In this document: piece after piece, positions 32,900-41,379 of the stretch
Layout: each line of letters starts with the position of its first letter
Position numbering within the stretch: the stretch's first letter is position 1
Virus record (IMG/VR): IMGVR_UViG_3300045988_124743
Span: 1-42,274 of that record
Origin: a virus
Direction: 5' to 3' (one strand)
Length of the DNA: 42,274 nt
Notes under the pieces: model-generated
What the model saw: only the letters and a program-made list of their open reading frames with translations
The model's database searches: none
What the model was told of the DNA's origin: nothing
Made by a program: the position numbers and the translations under genes

Positions 32900-33304
32900 T
32901 TATCCCTCCTTCTTTTGTTCTTGTATGAACTGTGCTAAACCATCAAACTTGCTTTTTTTCTTAATGCCCATTACTCTATCTAACGCTTTTTGATAATCAT
33001 AAAATTTAGTGAAGTTCGTATATACTGGTTTCACTTTTTTACCTGCTCTTTTTTTAGCTTGTGCAGACATATTCAAATATGCTTGTAAATGAATCCTGTA
33101 TTCTTCATCCACCATTTGTAGCTCTTTGGCTTTCATTAAAAGACGATATTCGTAAGGGGTAAGATTATTTACCTGATTCAAACTTTTGAAGTCTAGATAT
33201 CTAAAACAAGTCATAGCGACACGTTCATAAAATTCATTAAATGTTTCTTCTACTTCTTCTCTGCTTCCTGCGTGCTCACTAGTGGTCTCACTTCTTTCTT
33301 GCAC
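32900..33304 (-). CDS. Tail assembly chaperone, gpT-like part (probably expressed as a -1 frameshift fusion with 33250..33621)
   Basis: Overlaps the upstream ORF by 55 nt in the -1 frame. Lies directly upstream of the tape measure. Confidence 0.5.
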   Translation of the reverse strand: MQERSETTSEHAGSREEVEETFNEFYERVAMTCFRYLDFKSLNQVNNLTPYEYRLLMKAKELQMVDEEYRIHLQAYLNMSAQAKKRAGKKVKPVYTNFTKFYDYQKALDRVMGIKKKSKFDGLAQFIQEQKKEG

Positions 33305-33621
33305 GCATTCGCTTGAGATAAAAAATTGATTACATCCTCAAAAACTTTGTCGATATCATCAACGTCTTCTAGATAATTTTCGACATCCGCTTTCTTTAAT
33401 CTTGGTGTTTGTCCTACATTCATGTAGAAAATGCAATCTGCTAATGCATCAATATCACCATCAATGATGCTTGCAACCATAAATTTCAAGCCTACTTCTT
33501 TTTTCTTGCCTGTATTAGGTACATCTACAGTTACTTTTTTGTTTACCTCGTGCAAGAACCCAAATCCTGCTACTAGTTGATAAATTTCTCCATTTACTTC
33601 AATTTCCATGTTTTTACTCAT
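33250..33621 (-). CDS. Tail assembly chaperone (gpG-like)
   Basis: Positioned between the major tail protein and the tape measure. Acidic C-terminus. Confidence 0.6.
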   Translation of the reverse strand: MSKNMEIEVNGEIYQLVAGFGFLHEVNKKVTVDVPNTGKKKEVGLKFMVASIIDGDIDALADCIFYMNVGQTPRLKKADVENYLEDVDDIDKVFEDVINFLSQANACKKEVRPLVSTQEAEKK

Positions 33622-33647
33622 TCAAAATCCTCACTTTCTAAATACAA

Positions 33648-33672
33648 ATATAAAAGGGGCTTTTCTGCCCCT
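33648..33672 (-). terminator. Hairpin/attenuator after the major tail gene
   Basis: - strand: AGGGGC-agaaaa-GCCCCT followed by TTTTATATTT. Confidence 0.5.
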
Positions 33673-33678
33673 ATGTTT

Positions 33679-34224
33679 CTATACGTTTCCTGTTTCTTTA
33701 GTTACATCTTTATACACGTAAGATGCGATTTCCTGTTGTTCTTTAGTTACACTCGCATATCCATCTGCACCATTTCCATTAGCTCCAAACGTTAAATCAA
33801 CTTCAACAGAGCTTTCTGCTTCAGATGAAATCGAGCATTCTGTTAAATATCCTTGGTAGTATTTGGCTTTAAACTTACCAGCATTTGTTTCAGTTCCTTC
33901 TTCCGCTAGGTTTACTTCCCAACATTCGACTAGTTCATCTGACAACATAGCCTTTTCTAATTTATCAATGATTGCATCACCTTTTGGCATAATAGATGTC
34001 GATGTGATTTCAATCTCGGCTACTGATGGAGTACGAATTGTTCCATCTTTTGTAGCAGTAGTATCTGCATCCTTTGTAACGTTTCGTTCGTTTTCTGTTG
34101 GGAAAGCAATTGCACTAGCATTTTCTTTCTTTGAATCTTTTGCAACTCTGAAAAGATAAATAAGCTGCTTACCATTTACCGCTTCAATTACTTCATCTGC
34201 GAACATCTGTAAATCAAATTTCAT
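33679..34224 (-). CDS. Major tail protein (TP901-1-like) with an N-terminal Prp-type leader
   Basis: Size, position and composition fit. The N-terminus is MKFDLQMFADEV. Confidence 0.7.
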   Translation of the reverse strand: MKFDLQMFADEVIEAVNGKQLIYLFRVAKDSKKENASAIAFPTENERNVTKDADTTATKDGTIRTPSVAEIEITSTSIMPKGDAIIDKLEKAMLSDELVECWEVNLAEEGTETNAGKFKAKYYQGYLTECSISSEAESSVEVDLTFGANGNGADGYASVTKEQQEIASYVYKDVTKETGNV

Positions 34225-34634
34225 TATTTTATTCCTCCTGTAATTCTAAAATCCAACTCAAGAACACCGTGCATTAACGGTTCACTTGTACTTGTATCAG
34301 GCAATATCCGTTGGTTGATATTTTGGATCATAAAAGCAAAGTTGTTTGTGTGGTTAATTTGTCTAGCCACTTCCTTAATGGTTTGCATAATTTCCGATAA
34401 TTCTCCACGCTTCCTAGGATTGTTGTGCCAAATATCCACAACTTGCGTGATAGTGCCTAGAATCATCGTTTTATTTCCATAATCATCTACTAATTGACTT
34501 GAACCAATGTATACATATGGATATGGTGTCCCTTCGCACGGAAGGAACGTATCATATACACTAACTCCTTTGCTCTTTAATTCTTTTTTTAATTGCACTA
34601 GTAACGTACTAAATAATTCCTGCTGCGAATCCAT
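34224..34634 (-). CDS. Tail completion / tail terminator-like protein
   Basis: Synteny only (between the gp10-like protein and the major tail protein). Confidence 0.45.
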   Translation of the reverse strand: MDSQQELFSTLLVQLKKELKSKGVSVYDTFLPCEGTPYPYVYIGSSQLVDDYGNKTMILGTITQVVDIWHNNPRKRGELSEIMQTIKEVARQINHTNNFAFMIQNINQRILPDTSTSEPLMHGVLELDFRITGGIK

Positions 34635-34642
34635 ATCATCAC

Positions 34643-34990
34643 CTACTTAACTAGTTTTTTCATATCCGATTTGAATATTGGTACTTGTTGTTTAAACGCA
34701 GGTCTAACAAACGGTTGAGCATCCATAAAACGTGTTCCAAATTCAACATAAGGTGCATAATACGTTGTTGGTCCTTCTGCATATGTAAATCCGCCATCAC
34801 GTGTTTCACCTCTGATACTTCTTTTGGTTGTTCCTGTTGAATACCCTTTTGTAAATACTGCATTGCTAACAGTTTTACTTTGCAATTCAATACCATTTTG
34901 TTTGACTACTGTTTTCACATCATCAAGTGTGCAGTTCTTCTTCAGCTTCTTTTGAAGCTTGTCTAAACCTTTTATCTCAACCTTCGCCAT
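34643..34990 (-). CDS. HK97 gp10-family head-tail joining protein
   Basis: YYAPYVEFGTRFMDAQPFVRPAF is the gp10-family signature. Confidence 0.8.
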   Translation of the reverse strand: MAKVEIKGLDKLQKKLKKNCTLDDVKTVVKQNGIELQSKTVSNAVFTKGYSTGTTKRSIRGETRDGGFTYAEGPTTYYAPYVEFGTRFMDAQPFVRPAFKQQVPIFKSDMKKLVK

Positions 34991-35293
34991 CTAATGCACC
35001 TCCGATAAAACAAAAGACTCCTTTGTTCGGAGTCTTCTTGAATAATCAACTTTGTATTTCTTTGCGCCAATTCGAATATGATCAAAAGGCTTTTGATAAA
35101 TGTTCTGTATATGACAAGTAAGGCTTCCTTGTCTGATTTGCCCGTATACCTGCATCATAGTTTCAGTTCTTGTATCCATTACGGAAGCCATTACCATTTC
35201 TTCTACAAGCGAATCATCTTCATAGTTACCTGTATTCTTGTTATAAGAACCTTGCACAAATCTTTGAAAGTAAATAGGTTTATCGTACCTCAT
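34991..35293 (-). CDS. Head closure / head-tail adaptor protein
   Basis: Synteny and size (100 aa) between the connector and the gp10-like protein. Confidence 0.5.
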   Translation of the reverse strand: MRYDKPIYFQRFVQGSYNKNTGNYEDDSLVEEMVMASVMDTRTETMMQVYGQIRQGSLTCHIQNIYQKPFDHIRIGAKKYKVDYSRRLRTKESFVLSEVH

Positions 35294-35625
35294 AAAAACC
35301 GAACCTTCCCTTTATTTTGATTGGCTTGCTCATCTCTCCAAGATTGAATCTCAGAAGAGAAAGAAGAGAAGTCATCATCATTAAATGACATTGACTCCCC
35401 TTCAACTGAATGTGTTTGAACACCTTCAGAACCTATTCTATTAAAGCGTTTGATGGATACTTCAGTAATGATATATTCGAGTTCATCCGGTATGATTTTT
35501 ACGCTTAGAAGCGCTTTAAGTCGACCTTCCGTAAGTCTTACAATGGTCTCTAGCTTTTCATCATCAGTTTGCAAACCAAGAAGCAGTTTTACATCATTTA
35601 ATACGGTTGTTGTCGACATCTTCAA
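35290..35625 (-). CDS. gp6-like head-tail connector protein
   Basis: VLNDVKLLLGLQTDDEKLETIVRLTEGRLKALL matches the Phage_connect_1 pattern. Follows the major capsid gene. Confidence 0.65.
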   Translation of the reverse strand: MKMSTTTVLNDVKLLLGLQTDDEKLETIVRLTEGRLKALLSVKIIPDELEYIITEVSIKRFNRIGSEGVQTHSVEGESMSFNDDDFSSFSSEIQSWRDEQANQNKGKVRFL

Positions 35626-35629
35626 TCAC

Positions 35630-36835
35630 CTATGCCTTTAAATCAACAACTACATCGCCTTTTGATACTGCTTTGTAGTTTCTGTCACATTCAACTACTG
35701 TGCAATGATTAGATTCTGCTGCTTTGATATCTGCTCCTTCTTCGAAGTTCTTCCAAGATTTTACATCTGTACCATATTCCACTGCTTCTTCAGAAGCTCC
35801 TACCTTGAATTTGAATTTGTTATTCATAGATTGCAACTGTTCGTCAACTGCTACTTTTGTAGTTCCTGTTTCTTCGCCTTTAGAAGCCGTTAATGTTAAA
35901 TTACGCAATGTCTGAGTATCAGAACCACCTACTGCAAAGTGTGCAATTGCATCTTGGTATTCACACATTAAACGTAATCCCATGATAGCGAACATATCAG
36001 AAATAGCACGATCATAGTTCCCTTCTACATGGAATCCTAAGAAGCCAGTAGTACTGTCAGTAGTATATGAAAGTCCTGCTTTAACAAATTCAGAATCGCT
36101 TGGATCTACATAATATGCAATGATGTTGTTCATTGGAGTAGCCACTACTGTTTTTTCTGCAACTCGGTCTGTTAAGAATACAATATCTGCTCCTAAGAAG
36201 TTCTTAATGTATGTTAAACCGAATGCAGTCTGCATAGATACATTAGCTTCTCCTAAATAGCGGTAAGCATCCAAAGTATTTACGAATACAACAATACCAG
36301 TAGTATTTCGTTTCATTTGTTGGAATTTGTGTTTAACATTACCGATTGCCATTGCGATAGCCATTTGCCAAGTCGCTTCATGTCCTACTAAGCTACCTGA
36401 ATTTAATTGAGCATATAAGCGATCAGTGATGTTATCTTGCAAATCAATACGGAACTGTTCGTCAGTATCAGATACTGCAGCTTCATATCCTTTCTCTGCA
36501 ATTGCTTCAATAGGAACGGCTTTACGGAATTTCTCGATTTGAATTGTATCGAACACTTCTTCTTCAACTTTGTATTCGCTTAATGGAATTGATTCGCCTT
36601 CTGCTACATGTCCGTCCTGTAATGTTCCTGTTACTTTCTTTGTTTTCAAAACAGAACCGTTTGCTTTACGAATTGGACGAATAATTCCTAATACGTCCAA
36701 TAAAGCTTGGATGTTCTTTCCAAAACTAGTAACGAAATCAATTTCGTGTGCTCTAACTTGGATGTTACCTGTTCCTGTTAATCCTGTAGGTGCTGCAAAC
36801 ATTTGCAAGTTCATACCTTTATAAATTTTTTTCAT
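35630..36835 (-). CDS. Major capsid protein with an N-terminal Prp-type leader
   Basis: 401 aa, directly after the scaffold gene. N-terminus MKKIYKGMNLQMFAAPTG. Confidence 0.8.
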   Translation of the reverse strand: MKKIYKGMNLQMFAAPTGLTGTGNIQVRAHEIDFVTSFGKNIQALLDVLGIIRPIRKANGSVLKTKKVTGTLQDGHVAEGESIPLSEYKVEEEVFDTIQIEKFRKAVPIEAIAEKGYEAAVSDTDEQFRIDLQDNITDRLYAQLNSGSLVGHEATWQMAIAMAIGNVKHKFQQMKRNTTGIVVFVNTLDAYRYLGEANVSMQTAFGLTYIKNFLGADIVFLTDRVAEKTVVATPMNNIIAYYVDPSDSEFVKAGLSYTTDSTTGFLGFHVEGNYDRAISDMFAIMGLRLMCEYQDAIAHFAVGGSDTQTLRNLTLTASKGEETGTTKVAVDEQLQSMNNKFKFKVGASEEAVEYGTDVKSWKNFEEGADIKAAESNHCTVVECDRNYKAVSKGDVVVDLKA

Positions 36836-36857
36836 ATGTTATATCTCCTTTTTCTAT

Positions 36858-37493
36858 TTACTGGAATAAATCCATATTTTCCGCAATCATGCGTTGTCTT
36901 TCCATTGGATCAGTGATATTCAAGATTGATTCACGAGTTACCCCTTTGTTTGAACCACCACGTTTGGGACCGTTGCCTTTCAGTTTTTCTTTAACTGCTT
37001 TTTCTACTTCAGATTCAAACATCTTAACAAATGCATCAACCGCTTTCTTTGTTTTATCTGCATCTTTATTAACTAGAACAGATAAAAGTTCATCTCCAAC
37101 GTTAATATCATGCTCTGCGCACATTTTACGTGCTTCATTTGTCATTTCTGCGATTGCGTTTTTTGCTTTCAATTCATCTAGCTCTTTTTGCACCTTATCA
37201 CGTTCTGCTTCTGCTCGTTCTTGTGCATTCATTTCTGCTAAGCGCTTAGCTTCTTCTTTTTCTTTTTCTTGATCTGCTTTCCAACGTGCAAATCTTTTGT
37301 CAAGAATCGCATTCAAATCATCATCTGAATACTTCTTTTCAGATGTTTTGTTTTCTTCTTGGTTGTCTTGTCCTTCAGTTGATTGAGTATTTGTTGTTTG
37401 AGTATTTTTTGTTTCTGTACCCTCAGTTTCACCTGAAGTTTCATCTGCAAAAAGTTGTAAGCAAAAAGGTAGTCTGTCATTGAATTTTTTCAT
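36858..37493 (-). CDS. Scaffolding protein (DUF4355-like) with an N-terminal Prp-type leader
   Basis: Start at MKKFNDRLPFCLQLFADETSG (RBS aggagg). Acidic N-terminal part, then a Lys/Glu coiled coil FARWKADQEKEKEEAKRLAEMNAQERAEAERDK. Confidence 0.7.
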   Translation of the reverse strand: MKKFNDRLPFCLQLFADETSGETEGTETKNTQTTNTQSTEGQDNQEENKTSEKKYSDDDLNAILDKRFARWKADQEKEKEEAKRLAEMNAQERAEAERDKVQKELDELKAKNAIAEMTNEARKMCAEHDINVGDELLSVLVNKDADKTKKAVDAFVKMFESEVEKAVKEKLKGNGPKRGGSNKGVTRESILNITDPMERQRMIAENMDLFQ

Positions 37494-37651
37494 ATTTATA
37501 TTTCCTCCTATTTTTCTGACTTTGCTTGTCATTTCCCATATCTTTTTAAGGCTTAAATGCTTGGCCTATAACCCATACAGTTTAACGACGTGAATGCTTG
37601 GTCTTGTTTTGTAGTGTTGATATGTAGACTTTATAAGTCTTGGCTTTTCCA

Positions 37652-37688
37652 CAAAAAATGCACCGTTGATTACGTACTTCAACGATGC
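37652..37688 (-). terminator. Rho-independent terminator between prp and the scaffold/capsid genes
   Basis: - strand: GCATCGTTGA-agtacgtaa-TCAACGGTGC followed by ATTTTTTG. Confidence 0.65.
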
Positions 37689-37741
37689 ATTCTAGCCATT
37701 GATCAAAATAAACCTTTTCGACACGCTCCAAATATTTGTGA

Positions 37742-38050
37742 TTACACATCTCTCAGTTCCACACATTCAGGATATGCTTCTTCTGTGCCTTTGCATCCTA
37801 TTCTGAAGAAATTAATTGCTAGCTCTCCAGCAAGGTCCAAACTTGAGATATACAACGTCTTGCTATCTTTATCAGGTTCGTAATATCTGCAAAGTGCATC
37901 GGATGTTTCGTCGATTGAATTGGCCAATGTCAAAAATAGTACCGAGATAGCGCTGCAGACGATATCTTTTCCTATCGGAGCGTAACGAGCATGGCCATGT
38001 ACTTCAATCAAGCAATCACTTTCTGTCTGTTTAATCTTAATCTTTATCAC
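37742..38050 (-). CDS. prp: Prp-family (DUF464) cysteine protease
   Basis: MIKIKIKQ...LIEVHGHARYAPIGKDIVCSAISVL contains the GHA and DIVC (His/Cys dyad) motifs of the ribosomal-processing protease Prp. Confidence 0.8.
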   Translation of the reverse strand: MIKIKIKQTESDCLIEVHGHARYAPIGKDIVCSAISVLFLTLANSIDETSDALCRYYEPDKDSKTLYISSLDLAGELAINFFRIGCKGTEEAYPECVELRDV

Positions 38051-38298
38051 ATAGTATCACCTGTTTCGTTATTCTTTTTTAACACAATAGTTCTTTCGGA
38101 TAAAAAACTAGATGTAACTTGCACTTTTGGAAGCCAGTCATTATCTGGATTCAAGTTCATTTCTATCTTCAAATCCGTTAATAGATCATATTGATCCACA
38201 ATATCATCTGCATGATCAATAATACTTTGAGCAGCTTCTTTTATATGCTTCTTAATTTGTTCTGATCTATCTTCACCACGTGTGAAATAATAATCCAT
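38047..38298 (-). CDS. Hypothetical protein
   Basis: Start chosen at MDYYF with RBS aagggag. Overlaps the prp start. Confidence 0.5.
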   Translation of the reverse strand: MDYYFTRGEDRSEQIKKHIKEAAQSIIDHADDIVDQYDLLTDLKIEMNLNPDNDWLPKVQVTSSFLSERTIVLKKNNETGDTM

Positions 38299-38314
38299 AG
38301 TATCACTCCCTTGC

Positions 38315-38343
38315 ATAATAAAAGGCCACTCATTTGAGTGACC
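38315..38343 (-). terminator. Rho-independent terminator inside the head module
   Basis: - strand: GGTCACTC-aaat-GAGTGGCC followed by TTTTATTAT. Confidence 0.6.
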
Positions 38344-38364
38344 TGTGTTTTAAAGTTAAAATCT

Positions 38365-38583
38365 TTAGCACCAAGCAACAGTGCCTGCCTTTTCTCCTGC
38401 TGAAATACCCCATAAAGCATGGCCTGCATAATACTGTTTAACATCAACAGACGATTGCTCTAATACTTCACGATTCCCATTATCGTATATAGCAACTTTA
38501 CCTTTAGCCCTTGGATCTATGTCAGGCGAAAATGAATATACATATCTGCCGTTGTTATATTCTAATAGCTCAAATGTAATCAT
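38365..38583 (-). CDS. Small hypothetical protein downstream of MuF (possible immunity-like partner)
   Basis: 72 aa. RBS agagaggtg. Lies immediately after the extended MuF gene and before a terminator. Confidence 0.5.
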   Translation of the reverse strand: MITFELLEYNNGRYVYSFSPDIDPRAKGKVAIYDNGNREVLEQSSVDVKQYYAGHALWGISAGEKAGTVAWC

Positions 38584-38606
38584 TTTTTCACCTCTCTCTA
38601 TAGAGA

Positions 38607-40049
38607 TTATACATCATGATCCTTCAGATACTCAAGCAATTCTCTTTGATAATTATATACTTTTTGAACTCTTTCATGACTATCTTCATATATAACATCG
38701 AGGCTATCTTGCATTTCTTTCTCTTCAGCTAATTCATGATTTAACATTGTTATATCGTGTTTTTGAATATCCTTTCCCTGTCTAAGTCTAAGCCAAGAAT
38801 GTGCCATATAATAATCAGGATCAAATTTCTTTATTTCACCACTTCTAAATTTATGTTTACGAATAAACACATGTTCATATATATTACTTACTTCTTCCTC
38901 TGTAAAGCCTGAATTTTTAGCTACTTGTTTTATTTCAAAAGATTTTTTTCTATTTGTAATTTGAGCATACAGAGCTTCTGCAATCTCATCTCTCTTTTTA
39001 TAGTTTGGATCATTTTCGTTATTCCAAGCACCATTTAATGCACCAGAGTTATTTATTTTAGCCTCTAGTTCTTTCCACTCATCAAGCCTTAGATCATGTT
39101 CTCCATTTGCTAATCCATCTAGCCATTTTTCATACTCCTTACGGTCTGAATGTGGTGCCGTTGCACAATGACAATTTGGATGCATAGGTGGAGCGTTCTT
39201 GCCTATTTCCATGTCTTTAAGCTTGAATGTTTTGCCATCCATTTCTTTACATAATGGACACACATCTTTTAAGCCACAGGCTACATATTCATACTCATCT
39301 ATTCCATTCGCTTCGTAAGATTCAATCTGTGCTTGTGTTTGGACCCTTGCTATCTCTGTTCTTAACAATCTTTCTGCATTGCATCTTGATACATCGAATT
39401 TCTTTCGTATCTGAGGGATAAATTCTCTAGGATTCTTGCCTTGAATCAATGCATTGGATAGAACACTGGATAAACTATTTTTCAACTGTTCTTGATTGAC
39501 CCAAATTCGTTCTGAAAAGGTTGCATTCTTAAAAGATGAATCTGCTACTGTTTTGGCCATCTTCGCATTATCAATCACTGTATCACCTAAAATGGATGCA
39601 TTACGTTTGATTTCTTCTAAATAGGCTCCTTCAAGCTTATCACCAGTATACGACTTCAATTCGTCATGGCCTGCCACAAGCTCTAATCCAATGTTTGCTT
39701 TTAAAAGTTCCAATCGGTTGACTTTCATTGCTAAGTTATAAAGTCTCATCTGTTCATTGGCTTCATCTGAAAAGTTCTTTTCCTTTACATACTTCTTAGC
39801 TTTTCTTTGAAATGCTTTGATATCTATGTTTGAAACTCTTTTTTTAGCTTCTGCCATTGTGATGTTTTCTTTATTTGCATAGCGACTAAAAAAGGATTCG
39901 ATTTCCTTTTCAACCGAATCCATCATATTTGCATATATTTCTTGTATCTCATCCGCATATTGCTTTTCATCTTTTAAGCGTTTCTTTTTCCATTCAAGCT
40001 CACGATCTCGCCAATATGTTTTACTGCTCATCGTTTTGTGAATCCTCAT
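38607..40049 (-). CDS. MuF / SPP1 gp7-like head morphogenesis (minor capsid) protein with a C-terminal extension of about 170 aa
   Basis: VCPLCKEMDGKTFKLKDMEIGKNAPPMHPNCHCATAP is the MuF-domain end motif. A further ~170 aa follow (…FIRKHKF…DPDYYMAHSWLRL…MLNHELAEE…). Confidence 0.8.
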   Translation of the reverse strand: MRIHKTMSSKTYWRDRELEWKKKRLKDEKQYADEIQEIYANMMDSVEKEIESFFSRYANKENITMAEAKKRVSNIDIKAFQRKAKKYVKEKNFSDEANEQMRLYNLAMKVNRLELLKANIGLELVAGHDELKSYTGDKLEGAYLEEIKRNASILGDTVIDNAKMAKTVADSSFKNATFSERIWVNQEQLKNSLSSVLSNALIQGKNPREFIPQIRKKFDVSRCNAERLLRTEIARVQTQAQIESYEANGIDEYEYVACGLKDVCPLCKEMDGKTFKLKDMEIGKNAPPMHPNCHCATAPHSDRKEYEKWLDGLANGEHDLRLDEWKELEAKINNSGALNGAWNNENDPNYKKRDEIAEALYAQITNRKKSFEIKQVAKNSGFTEEEVSNIYEHVFIRKHKFRSGEIKKFDPDYYMAHSWLRLRQGKDIQKHDITMLNHELAEEKEMQDSLDVIYEDSHERVQKVYNYQRELLEYLKDHDV

Positions 40050-41379
40050 TATTTTGGAAGATTCGGTTTTCAGTTTCTACCATATCATTCTCATCTTCCT
40101 TTTTGATACGTTCCATTTCGGCATTTGTATCCTCAACTGCCGAGATAAACGACAACTGGGTTTCGTGAGACACGATTCCTGATAATTGTGCAGCAGTCTG
40201 TGCTTCTTCTAATAAGTTTGCAGGATAATTTTGTGTAAACTTGTATTCAACCTCAAGCCAGTCATTCTCAGAACGATGCGTGATCGCATTACTAAATAAG
40301 ACTCGATATCTACGATTCATTCCAGACGTGAACTTACGCTCTTTTGCTTTTGCCAGGTTCGACATAGAAAGAAGCTTATATCTCAGCGCAATACCTGATG
40401 ACGTTCCAAAGTTCTCATCATTAATATTGGCCACCATTGAGTTTTGGAAGATTAAACGCTCTAATCTGTTGATTAGATTTTCCTGTGTTGCATCTGCATT
40501 TGGTTTTGACATGAAATCAACTACAATTCCGTCACCACTTCCATCCATTGATTCAAAGTTAATTGTTCGATTGTCACGAATGTGTACCAAATCTGACTCT
40601 TCTAATTTTGGACCTAGGATTTTTAAATAGGCATCTGCAAAGTAATCAACATCATTTGCTTTTTCTGACATTGCTTTGTTGTAGGCATTAATCAAACTGT
40701 ATGTTGATTCAAAAATAGACATACGTTCTTCATTCTCAATAAATTCAGTGGCTGGAATATCATTGAATCCATGCTCTACACCATCAAATACATGAAGACC
40801 GCCTTTATCGTTGAACTCATACTTATATGTTTTGTCATAGATATATCCGCGCATTACTTCATCAACAATATGATATGTTACAAAATATCTAGGTTTCTGA
40901 ACTGTTGATTCATCATAAACCATGAAGCCTTCTCTTGGATCTAAATAGGTAATCCCTAGATTTCCATAATCATCATTGAAATACAATTCATATCCTTTTC
41001 CAAAAACACTACAAATCTTAGATAGTTCTGCATTGTTGTCGTCTTGGTCGTTGTACTTATCCAATAAGTTGATATAGTCATCAATTTCTTTTTTCTTAGA
41101 AGATACTTTGATAGGAATGCCAATAAAAAAACCGTTGAATGTATCAACAATGTATTTTGCAAAGTTGACCACCACACGGTTATCTGGTTTATAAGATTCT
41201 TTATCGGCTTGATGCAATATTGGATAATCACCAATATAGGCATCATATAACTTTTTATACCTGTCTGTTATTAACGATTTGTGTTTTGTTATCAATCCAT
41301 TCAACACTTCAATGTCAAGGATATCTTTATCATCAGATAGCTTAAATATCGTATCCGGTTTAATAATGTATGCGTTCAT
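40021..41379 (-). CDS. Portal protein (SPP1 gp6 family)
   Basis: YKKLYDAYIGDYPILHQADKESYKPDNRVVVNFAKYIVDTFNGFFIGIPIKV matches the SPP1-type portal N-terminal motif. Follows terL. Confidence 0.9.
   Translation of the reverse strand: MNAYIIKPDTIFKLSDDKDILDIEVLNGLITKHKSLITDRYKKLYDAYIGDYPILHQADKESYKPDNRVVVNFAKYIVDTFNGFFIGIPIKVSSKKKEIDDYINLLDKYNDQDDNNAELSKICSVFGKGYELYFNDDYGNLGITYLDPREGFMVYDESTVQKPRYFVTYHIVDEVMRGYIYDKTYKYEFNDKGGLHVFDGVEHGFNDIPATEFIENEERMSIFESTYSLINAYNKAMSEKANDVDYFADAYLKILGPKLEESDLVHIRDNRTINFESMDGSGDGIVVDFMSKPNADATQENLINRLERLIFQNSMVANINDENFGTSSGIALRYKLLSMSNLAKAKERKFTSGMNRRYRVLFSNAITHRSENDWLEVEYKFTQNYPANLLEEAQTAAQLSGIVSHETQLSFISAVEDTNAEMERIKKEDENDMVETENRIFQNNEDSQNDEQ

Noticed and set aside
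36570-37483. + strand ORFs 36570..36824, 36790..37272 and 37286..37483 opposite the capsid and scaffold genes.
   Set aside because: They are antisense shadows of Lys/Glu-rich coding sequence, with no translation signals.
38241-38447. - strand ORF 38241..38447, which spans the gap between 38365..38583 and 38047..38298.
   Set aside because: It runs through an intrinsic terminator hairpin and overlaps both better-supported neighbours in other frames.
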